NCBI GenBank assembly: GCA_965648915.1
Contig: CBFGIV010000003.1
Coordinates: 1 to 64,000 of the forward strand
Direction of reading: 5' to 3'
DNA from: a candidate division WOR-3 bacterium
GTDB lineage: Bacteria > Hydrothermota > Tepidihabitantia > SM23-42 > CAYGYG01
Length of the DNA: 64,000 nt
The notes under the pieces are model-generated. The model had not been told where the DNA came from, made no database searches, and saw nothing but the letters and a program-made list of their open reading frames with translations. A program made the position numbers and the translations under genes. Positions 59,221-64,000 of this stretch are shown one piece after another; position 1 is the stretch's first letter; every line of letters begins with the position of its first letter.

Positions 59221-61332
59221 TTATCTCACGACCACCAGTTTCTTAACCGTGCTTTCGTTCTCATGCGTGTAGTTGACAAAGTAAATACCTGAGGCAAGTT
59301 TCCGGGTATCAATATTGATGGACTTAACTCCAGCCTTTTCATTGCCATCGACCAAGGTGTTAACCAGTGAACCAGTAGCATCATAGATTTTGAGTGTAAC
59401 ATTTGCCGGATGAGGCAGACCATAAGTGATGCGGGCAAAATTACGGGCATGCGAGGCTACATCGAGGGTGAAGTTTGAAGGTACCACTGCAGGATCTTCT
59501 TCAGATATGCTGACCGGGCTATAACCACGCCAGTGGGCATAGATATTGGTTACCCGATATGTTCCACCATTCGATCTCAGTTCGAGAACGAACGGGATGA
59601 TCGACTCAGCCGCCGGGATTGTGGAGAGGACGCGGAACTGGAAGTAGTCGGTTCCATTATGACCCTTGCGGTTCGCACCACCAACGCTGTCGAGGTCGCC
59701 AAATGTTCCAAGTGAATCCTCGATCACTGCATAGGTGAAGCCGGGGCGTAGACGGAGCACACCAGTAATCCCGGTTGCTCTGCGGCCACCCGCACTCCAG
59801 ATCGTGTCAACCATCCGGACCCGCTCACCTGGATCAGCCCGACCATTGTTATTACCATTACCCCAGTTGTCAATGATGGCATGGCGGTAATAAGCCAGAC
59901 TCGGACTTCGAGGCATTACCTGCAGGAGTCGAGCCATATCGATAATACCCCAGCCATAGGTACTATCTTCACCTGGTGTCCCTTTGTCTCGTGCAGTATA
60001 CATCATCAGTTTCTTCAATGTATCGGCACCGATATTGGTATTATACTGACGCATCAGTAAGAAAGCACCAGCCACATGGGGACCAGCCATTGAGGTTCCG
60101 GACATTGTTCCGTAGTTATTCGGTCCAGTCCTTAAACAGGATCGGACATTAACACCCGGTGCAACCACTTCGGGTTTGCATCTGGTAGCAGGATTGTACA
60201 TTGTGCAGTCAGTTGGACCACGGCTCGACCAGCTTGCGATATTCTCAGCATTATCAACGGCACCAACTGCATAGTTCAGAGTGAAAGTTGAGCAGATATT
60301 GGCTGGACTGCGATGGGTCTGGCGGGCTGGACCTTCATTGCCGGCAGAGTACTCAACGATACAACCAGCTGCTTCAAGCCGGTAGATCTCAGCATTCCAT
60401 CTTCGGTCGCAATCCTGATAACCGGTAAACCGTGCATCAATACCCCAGGAGTTCTGGCAGGCATCGGGCATATCATAGACCGTCGCTGGATTGCCATCCG
60501 GGTCTGCAGCCCAGGTATAGGCTTCACGGACATCAGCATCAAAACCTGAGCCTACACCCTGATTTATTGCATTATCCGCAATCCACTGTCCACCAGGTGC
60601 CATACCGACGGTATCACCCGGATAACCACCAACCATTGTCCCACAGCAGTGGGTACCATGGCCATAGGTATCCTGAGGATTGGGTTGGCTACCGAGCGCA
60701 TCTTTCCAAGCCTGGGCTAATGTTGCACCATTACGACCACGCCAGCGTCCAACCAGACAGGTATGCTGGAGATAGACACCGGTATCGAGACAGAAGGTGA
60801 GCCTTCCCAGACCATCGATCCCTCTCCGCCAGCAGGAGTCAGCCCGGACCATTGCCAGACCCCACTCATAGGCAAAGGTCTGGTCCGGAGCAGGTCCAAC
60901 ACTCACCGGCTTGATTAACTCGACCGGCAGGTCGCGGTAGATGATGTCGACATCGGGCCGGTTGACAACCTTCTCGAGAACCGACTTCTTGCACTCAAGG
61001 GCAATTGAGTTGGAAAGCCAGAAGGAACGGATGCGACGGATATTGCCGCTCGCCTTCTCCTTGTTGAGAAAGGCAAGGATATCTTTCTGACTCTCATTAC
61101 ACTTATTCATCAGGGCACTGCAGATGACATAGTGCCTCTCCTGGCGGTCGGCATTCCGGGCATTTAATTCGGCCTCGAGTGCGGGCACATCGACCTGGTC
61201 CGCCATAATCACGATTGCCCTGACTTCAGCGTCATCGGGCAGGGTCTGGAGATACTCTTCAAACGGCGGCTCATAATAACCGGCCAGAACCAGACCAATC
61301 GCCATCATAACCAAAAACGACACTCGCTTCAT
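59221..61332 (-). CDS. Subtilisin-like S8 peptidase with propeptide and T9SS-type C-terminal domain
   Basis: Triad LDTGV, HGTH, GTSMAGPHVAG; SAGNEG; LASGIYFV; AGGAGG RBS. Confidence 0.93.
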   Translation of the reverse strand: MKRVSFLVMMAIGLVLAGYYEPPFEEYLQTLPDDAEVRAIVIMADQVDVPALEAELNARNADRQERHYVICSALMNKCNESQKDILAFLNKEKASGNIRRIRSFWLSNSIALECKKSVLEKVVNRPDVDIIYRDLPVELIKPVSVGPAPDQTFAYEWGLAMVRADSCWRRGIDGLGRLTFCLDTGVYLQHTCLVGRWRGRNGATLAQAWKDALGSQPNPQDTYGHGTHCCGTMVGGYPGDTVGMAPGGQWIADNAINQGVGSGFDADVREAYTWAADPDGNPATVYDMPDACQNSWGIDARFTGYQDCDRRWNAEIYRLEAAGCIVEYSAGNEGPARQTHRSPANICSTFTLNYAVGAVDNAENIASWSSRGPTDCTMYNPATRCKPEVVAPGVNVRSCLRTGPNNYGTMSGTSMAGPHVAGAFLLMRQYNTNIGADTLKKLMMYTARDKGTPGEDSTYGWGIIDMARLLQVMPRSPSLAYYRHAIIDNWGNGNNNGRADPGERVRMVDTIWSAGGRRATGITGVLRLRPGFTYAVIEDSLGTFGDLDSVGGANRKGHNGTDYFQFRVLSTIPAAESIIPFVLELRSNGGTYRVTNIYAHWRGYSPVSISEEDPAVVPSNFTLDVASHARNFARITYGLPHPANVTLKIYDATGSLVNTLVDGNEKAGVKSINIDTRKLASGIYFVNYTHENESTVKKLVVVR

Positions 61333-61488
61333 CTTAACCTCCTAATTGTTTAGAGTGTCACAATTTCAAACCAAAACATCGGATTATCTCCCACCCCATG
61401 TAATAAGTATCTAATTTTATCTATCTTTTTTATATTGTCAATACTTTTTTTCATCATCTGGAGAGAGAAATCGACTATATTCTTCAGA

Positions 61489-61992
61489 CTACTGCCGGTC
61501 TTTTTCCATCTCTAATTCAATCAATACCTGATTGGCGTCGACTTTGGCACCGGCCTGGATATTTACTTTTTTTATCTTCCCTTTCATCGGCGAGCGCATC
61601 TGATTCTCCATCTTCATCGCCTCAACAATCACCAGGATCTGACCCGGTTCAACCTCTTGACCCTCTTCTACCTCTACTTTCACTACAACCCCGGGCATAG
61701 GTGCGGTAATTAAGTTATCCACCGGATGTTCAATCACCGCCTTCAACTCTGCCTCCTGCACCACTTCAACCTCATAGATCTTTGAACCCCGGGCTAAATA
61801 AATCTTCTTCTCATCATAAACTGTATAGATATTGTATCTTTTATTGCTGATGGTTAAGTATAATTGATTCTCACTGATAAATCTTCCCTCGGCCTGATAA
61901 TTCTGGTCACCAATCGCGATCAAGTACTTTCCTTCTTTCTCTTCGATCGTGCCGTTTATTGGCTGCCGATTGATCCTGAGGTTAAACTTCAT
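61489..61992 (-). CDS. Biotin carboxyl carrier protein
   Basis: APMPG, EAMKMEN biotinylation motif. Confidence 0.93.
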   Translation of the reverse strand: MKFNLRINRQPINGTIEEKEGKYLIAIGDQNYQAEGRFISENQLYLTISNKRYNIYTVYDEKKIYLARGSKIYEVEVVQEAELKAVIEHPVDNLITAPMPGVVVKVEVEEGQEVEPGQILVIVEAMKMENQMRSPMKGKIKKVNIQAGAKVDANQVLIELEMEKDRQ

Positions 61993-63488
61993 CTACCTAT
62001 CTCCCAATCACCGATGGTTAACCAGGGGTCGGGAAGAGACTTTTCCAGTAAATTCAATCTTTTCTGACCGATCTTCATCTGTGTTAGGATAGCGCTGGCA
62101 ACAACAATCGGTTCTGGTATGGTCTCGATTTCCGTTTGAACTTTTTTTCTTTCAAAATACTTATCGACAAAATGGGTTGAGATACGACCGGCTCTATAAT
62201 CGCCATCCATTAAAACATCCTTGAGAAAACTGACGGTCGATTTAATACCGAGAATGACATAGTCATCAAGTGCAGCAATCAATCGCTGCCGGGCGATCTC
62301 TCTTGTCTCTCCCCAGGCGATGAGTTTAGATAGTATCGGATCGTAATAGGGACTGATCTCAATTCCCGAATAGAGGCCTGAGTCACAACGGATACCAGGG
62401 CCAGTTGGTTCCCGGACAAAAATAATCTTGCCCGGAGAGGGAATAAAATTATTAGCCGGATCCTCCGCATAAATTCGACACTCAATGGCATGACCCCGCT
62501 GCCTCAGTTCATTCTGTCTTATCGACAGCCGCTCACCCGAGGCGATCAATATCTGTTGCCGGACAAGATCGATGCCGGTGACCATCTCGGTAATGGGATG
62601 CTCAACCTGGAGTCGAGCATTAACTTCGAGGAAGTAGAAATTTCTATTGCGGTCGAGAAGAAATTCAACGGTCCCGGCATTGGTATAACCAACTGCCTGA
62701 GCAACCTTAACCGCGGTCGCTCCCATCTTAGCCCTTAAGTCCTCATCCATTATGGTTGATGGGGTCTCTTCAATAATCTTCTGATGGCGTCGCTGAATCG
62801 AACACTCCCGTTCAAAGAGATGAATGATATTACCATACCGATCACCGAGTATCTGAAACTCAATATGGCGTGGTTCATCAATATACTTTTCCAGATATAT
62901 TGATTCATCGCCGAAGGAAGATTTTGCCTCACGCATACCGGCCGCAACCGCATCTTTGAGTTCACTTTCCGAACGAACAATCCGCATTCCCTTTCCCCCT
63001 CCTCCCAGTGAAGCCTTGATAATCACCGGATAACCTACCTCCTGTGCCCCTCTTAAAAAATCATCCATATCCCTTCCAACAAACTGCATCCCCGGAATAA
63101 TCGGTATTCTCTCTTTAACCACGGTATTGCGCGATTCAACTTTATCGCCGACCAATTTAAGGGCCCGGGCATCAGGGCCGATGAATGTAAGCCCGGCATC
63201 TTTACACCGCTGGGCAAATTGATAATTCTCAGCAAGAAATCCATAGCCCGGGTGGATACCATCACAGTTGGTCTCCAGTGCTGCCTTAATGATATTATCA
63301 ATATTGAGATAACTCTCAAGCGGTGCCGGGCCGCCAATACAGACTGCTTCATCTGCCATCTGGACATGAAGCCCATCCCGATCGATCGATGAATATACCG
63401 CGACAGTCGGGATCGACATCTCCCGGCAGGCGCGGATAATCCTTACTGCAATTTCACCGCGATTGGCAATCAATATCTTTCTCAGCAT
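61989..63488 (-). CDS. accC: Biotin carboxylase subunit of an acyl-CoA carboxylase
   Basis: ILIANRGEIA, HPGYGFLAEN, GGGGKGMR, RECSIQRRHQK, RLQVEH, YYDP; start could be GTG 63500. Confidence 0.9.
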   Translation of the reverse strand: MLRKILIANRGEIAVRIIRACREMSIPTVAVYSSIDRDGLHVQMADEAVCIGGPAPLESYLNIDNIIKAALETNCDGIHPGYGFLAENYQFAQRCKDAGLTFIGPDARALKLVGDKVESRNTVVKERIPIIPGMQFVGRDMDDFLRGAQEVGYPVIIKASLGGGGKGMRIVRSESELKDAVAAGMREAKSSFGDESIYLEKYIDEPRHIEFQILGDRYGNIIHLFERECSIQRRHQKIIEETPSTIMDEDLRAKMGATAVKVAQAVGYTNAGTVEFLLDRNRNFYFLEVNARLQVEHPITEMVTGIDLVRQQILIASGERLSIRQNELRQRGHAIECRIYAEDPANNFIPSPGKIIFVREPTGPGIRCDSGLYSGIEISPYYDPILSKLIAWGETREIARQRLIAALDDYVILGIKSTVSFLKDVLMDGDYRAGRISTHFVDKYFERKKVQTEIETIPEPIVVASAILTQMKIGQKRLNLLEKSLPDPWLTIGDWEIGR

Positions 63489-64000
63489 AGAATCGCTCAC
63501 ACTCTCTTAATTTATGGTCTAATTTAAGTGACTGGTAGATATCCCGGGCGACCATGAGGTAACGGTCAACAGTCTTGCTCTCTTTACCAAATCTTTTAAG
63601 CAGGGCTGCATAATTTAAACTTGTGTCCGCAAGGAGTCGCTTCCGCCCAATTTTATCGAATAGTTCAATTGCCTTTTGATAATTTTCCGCCGATCGGGTA
63701 AAATCGGCTTTAGTAGCATAAATCTTGCCGTAAACAAAATAACAATAGGCCTCACCCGATTTTGACCCTAACTCTCGGGCATACCTCAGGGCGTTGTCAA
63801 CATATTCCAATATCTGCTCGAGATGAAATTCACCTTTGGCCAGCGCCAATTGAACCATAAGGAGATACCAGGTTTTTAAAACATCTTTACTTTGAATCTC
63901 ACCAATAACCTTCTCTGCCCTTAATAAATATTCTTCAGCCTTACGCAATTCTCCCATCTCAAGGTATACATCAGTTAGAGAACAGCACGCTTCACCGATC
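63454..64000 (-). CDS. C-terminal part of a TPR-like helical repeat protein (partial)
   Basis: Frame stays open to the window edge; TPR-like A..Y..A repeats. Confidence 0.7.
   Translation of the reverse strand, partial: IGEACCSLTDVYLEMGELRKAEEYLLRAEKVIGEIQSKDVLKTWYLLMVQLALAKGEFHLEQILEYVDNALRYARELGSKSGEAYCYFVYGKIYATKADFTRSAENYQKAIELFDKIGRKRLLADTSLNYAALLKRFGKESKTVDRYLMVARDIYQSLKLDHKLRECERFYAEKDIDCQSR

Overview
Gene-dense 64 kb window from a diderm bacterium. Eight secreted proteins with T9SS-type C-terminal domains, two gingipain-like C25 peptidases, Lnt and a TonB receptor point to the FCB group, probably a WOR-3-like candidate lineage (inference). Housekeeping genes include cysS, polX, pyrG-recF-dciA-gyrB, glnA, lnt, yebC-ruvCAB, rlmI-like, hup, maf and biotin carboxylase/BCCP. 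The best candidate for an undescribed system is a non-canonical chemosensory-like pathway. One part is a tightly coupled operon (12757->5020): MglB/roadblock, a tandem-AAA+ DnaA paralog with no DNA-binding domain and a receptor-like TWEEY C-terminus, a DUF4388/MshEN/TPR protein, CheR, CheD, CheB and a GT-C-like membrane protein. The other part lies 6.5 kb away: a soluble double-hairpin MCP fused to a family-5 solute-binding domain, followed by cheW. No cheA or cheY is in the window. Also present are a one-cassette, co-oriented integron remnant (truncated IntI-like integrase, attI-like site, type IIG R-M cassette, attC), an RQC-KptA/Tpt1 fusion, an IS4-family element, and a strong bias to 16-bp sigma70 promoter spacers with several apparently leaderless genes. 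The supplied ORF track labels 40634..41770 as +, but the sequence shows it is on the - strand. All family calls are by-eye motif recognition; no searches were run.
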